Under the pieces are notes generated by a model. The model saw nothing but the letters and a program-made list of their open reading frames with translations, searched no databases and was not told the origin of the DNA. DNA of 63,891 nt, counting the filler, from Platydemus manokwari (lineage: Eukaryota): NCBI GenBank assembly GCA_037951405.1. It is 6 parts of 6 records of this genome, joined end to end, with 100 filler letters (N's around TTAATTAATTAA, not from the genome) between each part and the next. Parts side by side here need not be neighbours in the genome. Positions count along the whole stretch, not along the records: positions 19,690 to 34,858 come from JBBMOY011333650.1; positions 34,959 to 44,329 come from JBBMOY011258541.1; 4 more parts are not named here. One strand, 5' to 3'. Positions 26,669-41,094 of this stretch are shown one piece after another; within the stretch, counting starts at the first letter, position 1; each line of letters begins with the position of its first letter. Position numbers and translations under genes: made by a program.

Positions 26669-28865
26669 AATTGCATTGATAAAGACCTAAACGAAAAGGT
26701 GAATCATAATCTACAATCCCATCAAATGTTATCTATAATTTTAATTACATCAAATAAAATTTGTAAAACCTTTTAAATGAAGATTCTAAATTTTATTTGA
26801 TCATATTTCAGTCTAAAAGTATAATTTTAATTCAAAGAGATGCATGTAAGATACAAAGAAGAACAATATTAATCTATAATGACATTACAATGAATAAAAA
26901 ACTGCAACTTCTATGTCCATGGCAAAAGTTTAGTAAAATGTTTCTAACTATCGTTATGCTTGCCGTATTTTATCAAATAAATAGTCATCACTTCAAACGA
27001 AATATTTACATTAATACCAGTGTGGACCTGTATTTATTTTACGAGAGTCTAACTTGGACTTATATCAATATCGCGCGACAAATTCTGAAATATTTTGGCA
27101 TAGACGTCAAAAAATTTATAGTCATTACTTCAATAAACAATGGCAACGTGTTTAAGTATCGAATAAGAATAACATCATCAAATAATAAAAAGAAAAAAAT
27201 TCAATAGAACGTCAAGAAAATGTTTAAATAAAGTATTCGTAAAAGTCTCTAAATCGTTATTTGAATATGTTATAAATATCTACACCCATTGTATGAAATT
27301 AGATTACTCATTAGTAAAATACATGACATATAAAATTATAAGAACTTCGATCAAGGTCCAAAATTCAAAAATTAAGTTTCATTATTAATACGGGTAGGTG
27401 TAAAATTAATAGACATTCCTCTTCAAAAGATGAAATGAAAAACGGTCAAAATATTGTCGGTTTTTATCTTTTATCACCAATTTTGAAAATAACTTGTAGA
27501 TAATATCGATTTAAATGGAATATTTAGATAATATTCTTTCGAATTCTGTTCTTATAAACATTACCATACTTCATTTTAATACTAAAGTTCTTATTTTATG
27601 GTGATTAAAATATGAAAGAAAATTTTGTTGGGATTCTAAAAAATTGAAGGTGGGAATTTCGCAAAAACGTAGTAATTCATGGATACCCAAATGTTTTTAA
27701 AACTCAAAAAACTCCTTAAATCAATATGAAAAACAACTTACAACTCGCAGTTGGGCATCTTTGCATCAGTATTTTTACTGAAAATTTGTGTGTAATTTTT
27801 GCGTCACGCTTGTATCACGTTTTGATTTGATATTTAATTTCTCAAGTTCCTATTGAATTTATTGATTTTGTACACTTGCGTCAGTTAATCCGCATGTGTG
27901 TGTTAGTGTGTAGCTATGGTCATTTTTCGAATTAAAATTTTCCATTTAAGTCAGCTGTGATTCATTGGTTGCTATGTCTGCATTGTTGCGTAGTCATGCA
28001 TCTTCTTAAAGAGCTAAAATAAGGGTACTAGGGTCAAAAATTGTTTTTATTTTGCGAGATTTTATCTCTACTCAACATTATTAAACCTTATATCTCAAAA
28101 TGTTATGATAACTAGACCTAATTTGAAAACTATTTCAGCAGGCTCTCATAAAGATCGAAATGTGAATTTTAATTGGATAATTAAAATTACTTGTTACATC
28201 ACTTGAAATTTATAAATTCGATGGTTTCATAAATCTAGATTTTTTAATCAATCTAATTCACTTAATCCCATATAATTTAGAGAGGATTTTTAATTTATCT
28301 GAAACAATTGAACTTGAATTTTTATAACTGCACTAATGAAAAATGCCAGAGTTATTCATGTATTTTTTGAAACATAAATTTTTTAAAACAGTGTTACCTC
28401 AAAAATAATAATTGTACATGAAATGAAAAATGTATATTATTTTGTTATGTTTATTATTTTCCTTGTCATTTTCCTGTTGCTAATTTGTTTTTATTATTTG
28501 TCTTCTTTCCAAATTTAATTTTTTAACATAAAAATTTAAAATTTATTGGCAGAAATCAAGAATATATTAATAAAAAATATAATGAACATTAAAAGTATTA
28601 AATCATTTAAATATACATGAACTAAAAATTTTAAACCAAGAAACATGGGTTTAGAAAATTTACAATGAACTACAAAAGATTATCGGCAAAATATATTATA
28701 CCAGAATTAGAAATAAATTCCCAAATGATAACTGTTAATATTACACCATTGGTGTTGGTTAAATTAGAGGGAGTGAATGTTTTAAATTTCCAGGGATGAT
28801 GGAACTAGCATTGTGGTTTCTAATAACTTATTAAACATTATAGGTGGTAATTATAATGTTGGTTA

Positions 28866-29412
28866 TATCACAAATCAATCAAAAGGGTCCCAAGAAACAA
28901 GGAAAAATCCTAAAAAGAGTCAACACACATAGGTCCGATAAACACACGTGCCGTTAACCAATCACATATATTCTAATGTTAATCTATATTTAGAAGCTAA
29001 GAATCGACAGGTATGTGCCTACAAACAGCAGGAAGCTCAAATATTTGTCAATAACATGAGAGATATAAGGGGTATCTTAAGTTAATCGATTCACAAACAA
29101 ATTCAGCGAATTGAAAACGAAGAACCGTGATATCAAGCAGACACATCTGATGGGTCTATAAAAGAGGTTGAATTCCATGGATTCTTGCTAGTCTTTTTGG
29201 ACGGTAATTTTAGTGCTTAGCTTATGTGTGATTTTAGTAATCAATCTTTTTGATTACTCTTCATTCTGTGATTGACTTTCGAACGCTGATCCCATCTTAA
29301 GTGATTTTCTCTGTGAATTGCTTAGAGATTTGTTTTTGTTATTTTTGAGATTTTGAGTATATTATTTTGGTTAACACAGATTTTTAGATTCAAATAGTTG
29401 TTTGATAACGCA
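28866..29412 (+). repeat. LTR-like element (putative solo LTR)
   Basis: CACGTG/CCAAT block and TATAAAAGAGGT followed by TTTT(G/A)GACG..AATTTTAGT. These motifs are shared with 34039-34090 and 49937-49960. Ends uncertain. Confidence 0.3.
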
Positions 29413-30954
29413 AAAATAGGAAAAAATAATAACAAATATAAGGGATGAAAAATTTTTATAATGAAAATAATAGAGTTTTATGTTTAAAGGACCAGGCCAA
29501 GACAGAATAGGAATAGCTGTGAAAAAGAATAGAGTCATATTCAGCATTGGTCATAACTGGACCAAAATCACAAAGAAACTAGAAAAGCGTGGATGATAGA
29601 AAGTCTGAGACCATTCATCCGAAAATACTGAGAAATTATTGAGGAATCCGAATTTGGTCACACAGTTAATCATAACTGTTAATTTGGGACTGCTAACAAT
29701 AAGTGAGTAGCTGGTCGTCCGAAGCACACGCGATAGAGGCTAAGAAGAGAAGATTAACACCACAAGATTTTATTAGTTAGAGGAGAATTATCAATAATTA
29801 TAAAATTTAAAATTATTAAGCTACTAATGATTACCATGTGGAAATTTTGTTAAAACAAATAAACTTATTAACCTTGGTCTGCTTTTCTGGTAGATAAACT
29901 AATTTTCAAAATAATCCGATAAGATCTTAAATATTTTTCTCCTTGAATTCCTCTGTGTTTCCTCTATGAGAATAAAATATCTATTGTCTGAGGTTCCTCA
30001 CAACCTGGTGAATAATGAAGTCTGCGGCCAATTACAGTTCGAGTTTTTTGTAATAATTATTATAAAGAATGAAGTCATTTTGTATTAAAATATTCTCAAA
30101 AGATTCCACATTGGAGATATATAAATGTTTGGAATCACAAAAACTTAAGAAATCAAATTAAATTAATATGAAAAATTTGAATTATAAATTTACAAGGAAA
30201 TCCATTTACATAAAAATAGAGAAATGTTTCATAAAGTAAACTAATCTTCAAAATATAAATTAACAAAATGGCTCTACTGGATTTTATATAACAAAAAGTA
30301 CAACGAGGAAATAATATTGAAATCAATAAATGTGATAATAAGAGATTTTTCTAGAAATGAAATACTCCAATTCTGATGAAAAATCTGATAAGAATAAAAA
30401 TTGAAAAATTTTCTTATATTACATATATTTTAATAGGATAAGAAGAATAAATAAAATTAAATATATTAATTAAATCAAAAAATATTATGATATTGTGATA
30501 CACTTTTAGAAATTAAAGTTTTATGGTTTTACTTTTAAATCTCTAAAAGTAGCAGTTAATGTAAAACTTTGGTATCCTATTCATCAATAAAATAAAATTA
30601 ATAATTAGGGATTTTATGGTTTCAGAGATTTTTGGTTAGTGACTCAGAAGCAATAGATAAGATTTATGCATTGTAAAAGACTGGACAAAAAATAATTTAA
30701 CTCTGAAATATAAAACTTGTAGATCTAGTAAAAAAATATGATTACCACAACTTAATTCTAAATCAAGACCAAAGAAATATTTGTTAAAAGAACGGGTCGA
30801 GGACCTTAAAAAGGGTTTGTAAGAACTTCCAGGAAAACTAGAAAAAATGAGAACTATGACTGTAAGCCGCTACTATTTAAAAGGACTCATTGAAAACGAA
30901 CTGTATAAGAGTCGACATTCAATTCTATTCAAAGACAATTATTTAAACAAAATA

Positions 30955-31041
30955 AATAAAATTTAATATCAAATAAAATTTAATATCAAATAAAATTTAA
31001 TATCAAATAAAATTTAATATCAAATAAAATTTAATATCAAA
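30955..31041. repeat. Minisatellite, 17-bp unit AATAAAATTTAATATCA x5
   Basis: Perfect tandem copies visible in the sequence. Confidence 0.9.
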
Positions 31042-33910
31042 CTAAATTCAATATAAATTCAAATTCCATTTGATATTCTCACAATGACTATTTAAGTTAA
31101 TTATTTATTAAGGGTCTTTAAGGCCTGGGTATTCAATTTATCTCACTAAATTCATTTTCTATGTTCTTACCAAAAATCCTAGGGCCTTTTAGGGATGAGT
31201 TCGGTAAGCAATTCCACAGCATTGTATTATCGGGACGAGGTGTAATGCAAATACATTTTACATTTGCATACATGCACAAGAATTGTATAAAATAACTTTA
31301 TTATTATAACTAATAAAGTTTAGTCGTAAAAGTTCTTTTTATAAGAAATCTTAATTCAATTAGAATATAATATTTATTTATATGAATCTAACTAGACAAG
31401 TGTTTGGAATTTATACAATAGAAGGTTATTAATATTCTTATTGTTAGATTAAATCGAAAATTGTGGTCAAATACAAAGAAATTAAATTTAAATTAACATT
31501 GACATTATTTTGTTAGTAAATTTCCAACGCATTTAAATGAACTACTTCCAATACCACTCAAACATAGCTTATTTAATTTTAACTATTATCGTTATTTTTT
31601 AAAAATATTGACATCGATTCCCACTTCGTTATTCGGCAAATATAGAAATAATTCTTCACATCTGAATGACTGTAATCAAATAAAATATTATTTTGTTAAA
31701 GAATAATTTTCATATCTACATTATATTTTATTAGCATTGTTTATTGCTTATTGTTTATTGGTATTATTTCAGTTACTGCCGTAACAATTGTTTCATATGA
31801 GCAATCAATAGACAAACGTACCATCGCTATTTTTCAATTGTAAATTATAATGAATCGACGTTTCTTTACAATAAGTAATTTATTTAATATCTCACAATGA
31901 TCAAAAAATATCTTTTTACTCTAAACAATTGATGTAGTTGTTTTACACACAAACTCCACGTTAAATAAAATCTTGTCACAAAACCGGGTCTAATAAAACT
32001 TAAAGTGCATTTTACAATTTTTCGAGACACACAATGATAATATAATACAAAGAAGATGTATAAAGACCATGTGGTTAATAAAAGAGTAGGAGGTTGATCG
32101 ATTATTGAAATATATAATTGGTACTCATTTCTCTGCGATGACAATAAACATCTAATCAAGGATTAAGGTCTCTCATTCACAACTAAGTTAAATTTGAAAC
32201 ATGCTAGGAATTCCACCGTACATACTGTTTCCCTTGAGTGCTCTATTATGCTTTTAGTCATTTTATACAAGATTTTTTCAATTTTCAAACATTTAATTGA
32301 ATATCCAATGGCTATTTCAGAAACATATGTTCTATCAGGACAGCCGGGTACTTATGTTAGGGAAGATATCTGTCAATATTTGAACCCAAACATGATCGGC
32401 GGGCTAGACCTCGTAAATTGTTGACTTCTATTTTCTTTCCGTGTATTAACTCCTTTCAGCTCAAAAATTGGCACACTTTTGTCACTCTCCTTCACTTTTA
32501 GCAGCCGCCCATTTCAGGAGCTCTGGTGCCAACTTTTAATTCTTATCTCTTTTCTAAACCCGGTTTTGATGAAATAGTGTACTTGATTTTTATGAATTCT
32601 TTCGAATTATAGATTGTTTAATCATCAAAATCTGGTTCTTCATATCACTCAAAAACATTGGTAGTCCTGGAATCATACTAGTATTACGGATTTCTAAATT
32701 AGTGACTTAAATTTTAGAAATCTTATAATATGTCATGTTATTAATATTACTGCTATTTACATATGCCGAATGTCAAAATTATAATTAGAAATTACAATAT
32801 TATACATAAAACTAAATCGTCATGCAGTTACTCACCGGAATCACACTCACAATGATAAAATCAATAATTAACACACATAGGGATCGGTACCCGGAAATTA
32901 AACAGTAACAAAGATAACTACCGTGAAAACTAGCCGCTAGAAAATCACAACAAGTCAAAAGGACTAGCGGAATCTTCATGAGATATAATTCCTTCTATAG
33001 GCCCATTTTTGATGTCTCAATGCTTTACCTTTCAATCACACGTCGGGTTATTATAAAATTTTCTCGTATCTCTCGTACCATTAGACAATCACGATGTTTG
33101 TTACCTGTAGTTGGTGTGCGCGAATTCATTGATTGATATATAGAAAATATCTGATTGGCTTTGTACGTTGGCTTATCGATAATGTATCTACAGACCCTTT
33201 GAGGATTATTTCTATGGTTTTCGTTATTATTTTGCTTGCTTTTATAACTTAGTCAACCTTAAAAGTACCCAATACATTTTCACTTTTGGCTTGAATAAAG
33301 CTCTCCAGTGGTTGGGTAATGAACTTTGTGCTGCTTTTTGTTTTAAAAATACTTGGTATGGCAAACTTCAATACAGTGTCCGAATACTTCAGGATTATGA
33401 AATAGATATATTCTACAGAAATGCTTCTTAAGATTTGCACTGAATCTTCACTCCTTTGGGGTGCAGTCTCAGTGCTTACTTTTGTTACTAATGGTTCACT
33501 GTCTTTCATTCTTGACTAGACCATTGAAACTTTTCAAGGGCTGTCAACTTCAAAAATTTATCTGGAAACGTTTAGCCTGATCACGTAACGACTTATTAAC
33601 ACTCAATTTGGATTGAATTAAATTATCGAAAGTGTTTATTAAGCTGTTATGTTGAAATTCAGACCACCTTTTGCTTTGATCTGATTATTTTGGACCATAT
33701 AAAACGTGTTTCTGTAGTTTTGAATGTCAAAGTTTCTTACAATATGCTAAAAAACTTTCAGTTTAGCCATCAAAATAATCAAACAAAATACCAAAAACTT
33801 ATACGTTGAGAGTTGCAGAAAATATAGCAACGAGACCCATTTACGCTTGTTGAATATGGGTGTTCTTGGATTGTGAGAGCCAAAACAAGACAAAGCCCTG
33901 ATAATCTTAG

Positions 33911-34687
33911 TGTTGGGCTTAAAATCAATCGATCGACTATCTATTATACTTGTCAGGCAAAATGACTGCGATAGTAATGTAAACAATTTGAAATAACGAA
34001 TGAGAGCACACCACCAAGTGCTGCTAGCAAAATACAATTATAAAAGAGGTGGTAATCGGCAGAAGATTTTTTTAGACGATAATTTTAGTCAGAACAGAAT
34101 TTTCAGAAGCAATAAGATTACGAGATCTAGAATTCAGACAGACCAATTTTAGCAGAAGAAATTAATCAATTATAACCAAATAGTTGTTCATCGAGAAGGA
34201 TCCTTGAGCAACGTTTTTGCAAGAAGAAACTAATAAGAAGCCATTTGATCTTGTCAAAAGGGTACCGATGATAAGGAGCAGGTTATATTTTATTCATATA
34301 GAGTATTTATAGAATATTCGTGGTCAGTGTTCCCGAATAATGGTTTTAGTAGATAAAAGTAGAGCCAATTGTGTGATATTCGTGGTTCCCAAATATCGGT
34401 ATTTGTACAAAGAAATTGTGTTGAGCGTCCTTAACCCCTTTACGCACGCTGGTATTCGTATTAGCAACCAGGAGTAGTTCCTCGGCCAGTAATTCAGATT
34501 TGTGAAGCGGACCAGTCCCGTGTTAGAACAAACTAGACAGAACTTTATTAAGGGCTAGGCTCTTGTTGTCTCAACCGAAAGTTGTATATACTGTTATATA
34601 AATATAACTTAGTGTGCGACTTTGTTTTGATTTTGGAGTCAGGTCATTAACGAGAATTGTTGCGCTCTACTCTCGGTAGACCCAACA
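33911..34687 (+). repeat. Putative solo LTR
   Basis: Perfect 7-bp inverted termini TGTTGGG...CCCAACA, TATAAAAG at ~34039, and flanks TTAG/TTAT (3 of 4 match). Confidence 0.4.
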
Positions 34688-34762
34688 TTATTATTATTAT
34701 TACTATTATAATTAATATTATTATTATTACTTTTATTATTATTATTACTATTATTATTATTT
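34688..34762. repeat. Imperfect (TTA)n microsatellite
   Basis: Visible in the sequence. Confidence 0.8.
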
Positions 34763-34858
34763 TGAAATACATAACAATAAATTAAAAATTATTTTTATAA
34801 ATCAAAGCAAATTATAAAATTTCGAATTATATTTAAATAATGATCATAATTTAAATAG

Positions 34859-34958
34859 NNNNNNNNNNNNNNNNNNNNNNNNNNNNNNNNNNNNNNNNNN
34901 NNTTAATTAATTAANNNNNNNNNNNNNNNNNNNNNNNNNNNNNNNNNNNNNNNNNNNN
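34859..34958. other. Artificial contig spacer
   Basis: 44N-TTAATTAATTAA-44N. Confidence 0.97.
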
Positions 34959-36699
34959 TAAACAATTCTCTTATTCATGTAAATAATTATCTTAAATTGT
35001 GCAAAATTTATTTTAAAACTCAAAAAACCCTATATTTCGTAAATCGGAAATAATAATTAAAGTTAGTGATCATGATTATTTATGTTTAATTTAAGTTTAT
35101 GAATAAAGATGCATCATTGAAGTTTGTACAATTTAGTTTGCGGTTTAAGTTAAGAAAAATGATTCTTTTAGCTAAATTCATAATAGGAAGTCAATAATAA
35201 TTTCAAATCAATCAAGAATATTTTACAATGGTGCTGTTTTAAATATCGAAATACAAGCATTCTGTTTATATGCAATGAATTATTGGAACATATCAGAATA
35301 TTTCCAAGAGATATCCAAAGTTGGTTGTTGGAAAATACAACCTAAAATTTATTCACAGAAAGCACCAATAATGATGAAATGATAAATAAAAATAAAAATC
35401 TGGCAATTTCAATATCAAATAAATCTGATAGATCATTCAATCCGTTAAAACAGCTGCAAAGAATGATAAATAACTAAGGTCAATTCTAAATTTACATTTT
35501 TTTAAATTAGATTTCTATTATTAGATTTCACATTTGCAAATGATCTGTATCGATAATAATTAGGACAATTTAATGAAATCTAATATTGTTTTGTCTCGTT
35601 ACCGGAAAATTTTATTTTCAAAATAAGAATTCTGTATGTCGTTCTAGAATTTTCAGGTGACAATTTAATCTATTTCAGCCCATAAAGAAAACCACAAATT
35701 TGTGCTGTCTTAAAGCTGTTTCGTTCTAAAAATACAGCAAAAATCCGCTGGAAAGAGAAATGGTAACAGCTTAATTTATTATTTATCATTCGGCGTTGTA
35801 TGAATTGTATTATGTAATAAATTATTATAACAAAGGATTTATTTATATAGCATATATCTATTTTTGTTGAAGTTTCAATGAAAGAAAAATCAAATTAAAT
35901 TCGTTTAAAGTTACTTCAAACCAAGTTCTTATTGGATGTGTGTTATAATGCCTTTCTAGAGTAGAAATGTTATCAACTTTCGAAAAGAAATTTTTACTAT
36001 ATTTTTCGTTTATGAAGTCTTCCTCGATATAGGCTCGATATATAAAAAGTAAAAATTAAATCTACAAATGTTTGGTCCTGCTTCGATATTGTCAAGAAGA
36101 ATAATTGATGTCCTTTATTCGAATATTTCGACAGCAGGGTTCCTTATTTTCGATAAAAATAAATGGTTTATAAAAAACGTTGATTTTGCTTAAATTCAAG
36201 AAGTTTTTCTAATCTAGATGACAACGAACCACTGAGCAGTAATCCATATTTCTAGTATTTTCTCATTTTTTTATTACAATACAAAGTTGATAAAAATTTA
36301 ATTATTTCAAGTAAAATACTTTTCGACCTTAATGAATTCCTTTTGAGCTTCTCCTGCTATTCATGTCTTTAAATATCGAATTGTCTATGAATCAATGCAT
36401 CGTGTACTTGGTAAAAAGTCAGCTTCAACTATTCAATGTGAAATTATTCAGGTTTGAAAATAATAAAATTATTTCCACAAAAAATTTTCCTAATTTTGAA
36501 TGTTATGATCTTATTTTATAAACTAGTTACGATTATAGAAAATCTCTAATTAAAATAATCTATCAAACTATTCGAATTTTATGTTAAAAATACACTTTTT
36601 AATTTACTTTTAATTTGTAAGTAAGCTAGCTGAATTTTAAAATTGTTTTGATGATTTTTTTTATTAATTCTTATTTGGAAATTTTTTGGTTCAAGTAAA

Positions 36700-36920
36700 G
36701 AAATGTCATATTTTGCTGAGTGTATTGCAAAAAAAGCTAAATGATTTGTTTAATTATAATCATTAAAAACTGTAAATGTTTGGCTAAATTAAATGAATAA
36801 AAATTTTTAATTTGAAATCAAAAATTTAATAAACTGGAGCTTAAAATCATTTTTAATGATTATTCGAAACTCGAGTCAAATTGTAATTTATTGAAGATTA
36901 TCGACGACCTCTTCTTGTAA
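36700..36920 (-). repeat. Diverged partial copy of the ~570-bp MITE
   Basis: TGAGTGTATTGCAAAAA...TTTGAAATC...GAGCTTAAAATC...AATTTATTGAAGATTATCGA is colinear with copy 2. Confidence 0.6.
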
Positions 36921-38399
36921 CATTAAATACGAAAGAAATGATACTGTAAAGGTTTTATTTTATTTATTAAATCAATAAAAATAATGCTACATTGTTAAAC
37001 GTGCCAGGAGTTCATTAAGTCGATCTAAAATTAAACACGAAATTAAATTTACAAAATCACAGTCAACTAGAAGTCTTCTGCTTGAAATAAAAAATTAGCT
37101 TAACAATTCGGTTTTGTCTCTATACGAACAATTAAAATGTGCTATCAAATATCATCAATGCTTCTTGGTACCAGATAACATCCGAAGTGTAACATTGATA
37201 AGAGACAAAAACTGCAAGATAAAGATAAAAATAACATTTGATGTCTTACTTCATATTTCATTCTAAATATCACATCAGATTTCGAAGCTTCGGTTATTAA
37301 TATGGCTCTCTAAAATTAATTCTTTCGCAAAAATTCAGCATAATGAAATTAGGTCAAAGAATTTTTATTATAATTTAAAGTTATAGTTCAGATTTATAAA
37401 TTTATAAGTAAATATTAAAAAAAATCTATATAAAAGAATAAGTAAAAATAAATATAACCACAATTTAAAAGAGTGAATATATTTTATGAAATAAATATTT
37501 ATTATTAATCTTTATAAAATAGAAACTTGTATCGTGAATGGATTATAAAAATTTATTATAATCCCACGGTAATTGGTTAACAAAATTTTAATATAACAAA
37601 AATAATTTTCAGAAAGATTTAATTAAATCGAAAAAATACATTTCTTAATCTGTCGCCATGGTAGATAAATATGCACTTGCTTATAAGCATTTCTGTTTGC
37701 TTAAATTGCAGTGGAATTTTGTGAATTATTTAAAATGCGACCAAAAAAGATTCTTTTTGTTAACGGGACAAAATATCCCTAGATGTATTATTATTATTAT
37801 TTCAATGAACGGAAATAAAGGTGACATTCGGTACGTAATACAAATAATAAGTTTCCTTTGTAACTTAATTGGAATTGAATTCGCTATGTGATCGTTTATA
37901 TAAATTACAAACGATATCCAATAATAAAGAAATTAACATAACTCATATAATACTCTTCGTATTATATTATTAAATCAGTATCAGAAACAATGGCGAAAAA
38001 TGGTCATCACAGCTTAAAATTTTCTGTGCTTTTTGAATTCGATCGCTGCATAAAAGAACTGTTAACATATTTTCATAAAATTCACGATATCGATTCTTCT
38101 AAACAGATTAAGAATGCAGTCGTTTACAGAAATCACTGATAGAATAGTTAAAATATTTTTCTAAACATAGAAACTTACTAATATATATTGGCGCTGATGG
38201 AAATCTGCTGAGTTGGGTTATTTGGTGATAAATTAATAATAAATCTACGATTTTTCAACCGATAATTTATTATATTAGTAGATGTGAGACCGTGAGTTAG
38301 AGATTGATGTTTCCACCAATATCTGAAACAGATTAATAGACTGCGTGTATATAAATTAAATATCGAGAACAATAAAAATATGATAAAATATTTTATTAT

Positions 38400-38760
38400 A
38401 ATAACAATTAGAAAATGTGCAATGCAATAAATTTTAGAAGAGTCATGGCCTGAAGAGTTTTATCAGTAATGAAAAACCCGAGGGAACTACGTGGTGCCCC
38501 ACTGTGGTATGAAAACTAAAGAAATTTGATTTTAATACTCACAAATTCAGTTACAACTTTGTGAGGTGTTAATGACTGACAACAAATCTCATTTCGGAGA
38601 ATGATATCAGATGATCAATTGAAAAAAGATAAGTTTACAATTTGGAAATATATAAAAGTGATTTATCGAGCTGAATAATGATTCTGAAACACGTTGAATA
38701 ACAATCGCTGAATACTGGAGTTGTCTCGAACTCGAATAATAATCGCTGTGAGATTAGTCG
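38400..38760 (+). mobile_element. LTR-retrotransposon integrase trace
   Basis: SWPE (~38443-38454, SkWPE-like) and MTDNKSHF (~38572-38595, vTDNGpqF-like) in the expected order; degenerate. Confidence 0.3.
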
Positions 38761-39029
38761 TTTTGTGGTGAAAATGCTTAATTTTACTTCAGTATTTATA
38801 GTTATTTGGGATGGGGTGCATGATTAATTTCATATTTAATTTGTTAATTCCCTTGACAATATCCACCGTTGTCATGGAAATTTGAATTTATATTTGAATT
38901 TCTATGACCATGCTTATTGATGCTATGGCAACGTGGATTAAAAATTATTTTTCAAAAATTTTATGGTTATTATTAATTTAATTTCGCCCACACTCCTACA
39001 TTTTAATTAATATGGGTTTATTTACGATT

Positions 39030-39036
39030 TTTATTA

Positions 39037-39080
<44 letters not shown>
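39030..39080. repeat. (TTA)n microsatellite
   Basis: Visible in the sequence. Confidence 0.9.
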
Positions 39081-39289
39081 GTAATGTGAGGTATATTATT
39101 TTATTAGGCTTGCTGCCTGCATTGGTATATTATTATCCCGACAGTGCATATATTCGTGTGGTTTTATTTTTTGCAAAGGAAACACACCAACTTCTTGTTT
39201 TAACTGATTTGAATTATTCATTCAGCTGATTTATTTACTTAAATAATTTTAGAATAACTTTCACTTTTAATGTGACTAAGTTGGTATTA

Positions 39290-39831
39290 TTCATTACAAA
39301 ATCTTACCAAGAAACCAAAAGATTAATGCCAAACCTTATTGTGAACAATTCAAGCGTCTTAACGCTGCAATCAAAGCAAAGACGATCAATAACAAGCAGA
39401 TGATTTCACAATATGACAATGTTCGGCCACATGTTGCCACAATGACAAAGTTGGCTATTGATGAGTTTGGCTGGGAAGTTCTTCTCCATCCTTCATACTC
39501 GTCCAACTTAGGCCCAACAGATTTTCCTCTTTACCGCTCCATGTCGAATCATCTTTATGGCCCCTATTTGAAAACGAAGAAGCAATAACAACGTGGATTG
39601 AAGAATTTTTCCACAAAAATTCACCAAACTTCTTCAAACGTGGAATTGAGAAACTGCCGGAACGGTGGAAGGAAGTGATTGATTGTGGCGGAGAATATAT
39701 CACCGATTGTTTTCTAATGATTTCAGGAATTCATTTTGTTATCAGGAATTTTTTGCATGGTTTTTATTCTTGATAAGTATGCATTTTTTATAATTGTAAA
39801 AAACCGAACGAACTTATGCAGCAATCCAATA
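39290..39831 (+). mobile_element. Mariner (DD34D) transposon, 3' half with right TIR
   Basis: INAKPYCEQF, YDNVRPH, WEVLLHPSYSSNLGPTDF (34 residues between the two Asp) and, after a frameshift, FFKRGIEKLPERWKEVIDCGGEY. TIR CCGAACGAACTTATGCAGCAATCCAATA ends at 39831 and is followed by TA. Confidence 0.92.
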
Positions 39832-40919
39832 TATAAATCAATTGTCTGAAGAATATTAATTTCAATTAACCCTAATGAACATGTCCTGAAAAAACTATCG
39901 GCTTTTTAGTTAGGGGTAGAGCTGCTTTCTGAATTATTTTTAATTGATGGAATCATCTCAAACTATTCACCATGGAAACCATGTTGCGCCATTTAATTAC
40001 TGATAGCGTTTCAAGTATTATTCGATGCATCGGAGGATTTGTGAGTCATTTTAGACATATCGTCATACAATAATCACATTTCAGTGATTTATTGATTTTC
40101 AGGTTTATGTTTTTCACTAACTTCTCACTGTGATTAAATGAAATAAATGTTTATTAAAAGTAATCCAAATCAAACGAAATATTTTTGAAATTGAATTTTT
40201 AAAATAAACTTAAAAGTACTTTCCTGGAATCAAAGGGTTGTTCGAGGATTTATTTGATAAAATGTAAAAATTACTATAAACGAGTAAAAATATTTGATGT
40301 TCTTAATTTGATTTTTAAATTTTGGGATTAAAGATGAATCGCTTTGAATTATTTATTTCAGACAGGTTGGTTTATCAATACCACCAATTACCGTTTAGCT
40401 GTGAATGTTGCAGAAATATTTAATACTATTAAAAGACTTACCAAAGCTGTGTTTATAAATTTTTCTCAATTGTTTTTAACTTCTAAACTACAACAATGCC
40501 AGAAGTTAACGATTCTATGTATCTATAAAAAGCATATCACATGACTAACATAAAGAAATTTGAAGTCAAAATCAAATTCAGAAAAAATGTTAAAACTTAC
40601 ATCTATATTTTAGAGTTAAAAACTTTATTTAGAGCGCATATTGACAGCTGATGCACAAGACAACAAATAAATTGACTTAATTGGTTGGCTATATAATTAT
40701 ACTATTAATCCCATTACAATATTGCTTGAGGACATGGCTATCATGTGCATACTTACTCATTAAGTGTTTCACAATAAATGTAATAAGGGACTAATGACGT
40801 AGCTGTTTATTATATTATTATGTTCGCCTTTATATTAAATATATTAACTTTATTGTTAACTATTTTGATAATTTATTTCAATTATTTCTCGAATAAATGT
40901 AATGAAACACATCATGAAT

Positions 40920-41065
40920 ATGTTAATTTTAAATTTGTTGAGTGTATTGCAAAAATCAATATAGTTTATTTAATTAGATTAAAAATATTTTGATTTCAAA
41001 CAACCAAAATTCTTCTGAAATGATTAAATCAATAATTCCAAATATTTTTAAAGAATATTCTTTGG
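40920..41065. repeat. Rearranged fragments of the ~570-bp MITE
   Basis: 40925-40990 matches the copy-2 orientation (TTTTAAATTTGTTGAGTGTATTGCAAAAA). 40990-41060 matches the copy-1 orientation (GATTTCAAACAACCAAAATTCTT...TTTTTAAAGAATAT). Confidence 0.6.
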
Positions 41066-41094
41066 ATCACCCACCAACATAAAAAAAATTAAAA

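Noticed and set aside
26797-27207. 136-aa ORF
   Set aside because: Non-ATG start, no motif and AT-driven composition; cannot be supported as a gene.
30955-31041. Regular short repeats as a CRISPR array
   Set aside because: Head-to-tail 17-bp units with no spacers, in a eukaryotic context.
35340-36450. Possible LINE RT trace (KAP-like and NyRtI-like fragments)
   Set aside because: Too degenerate to support by eye.
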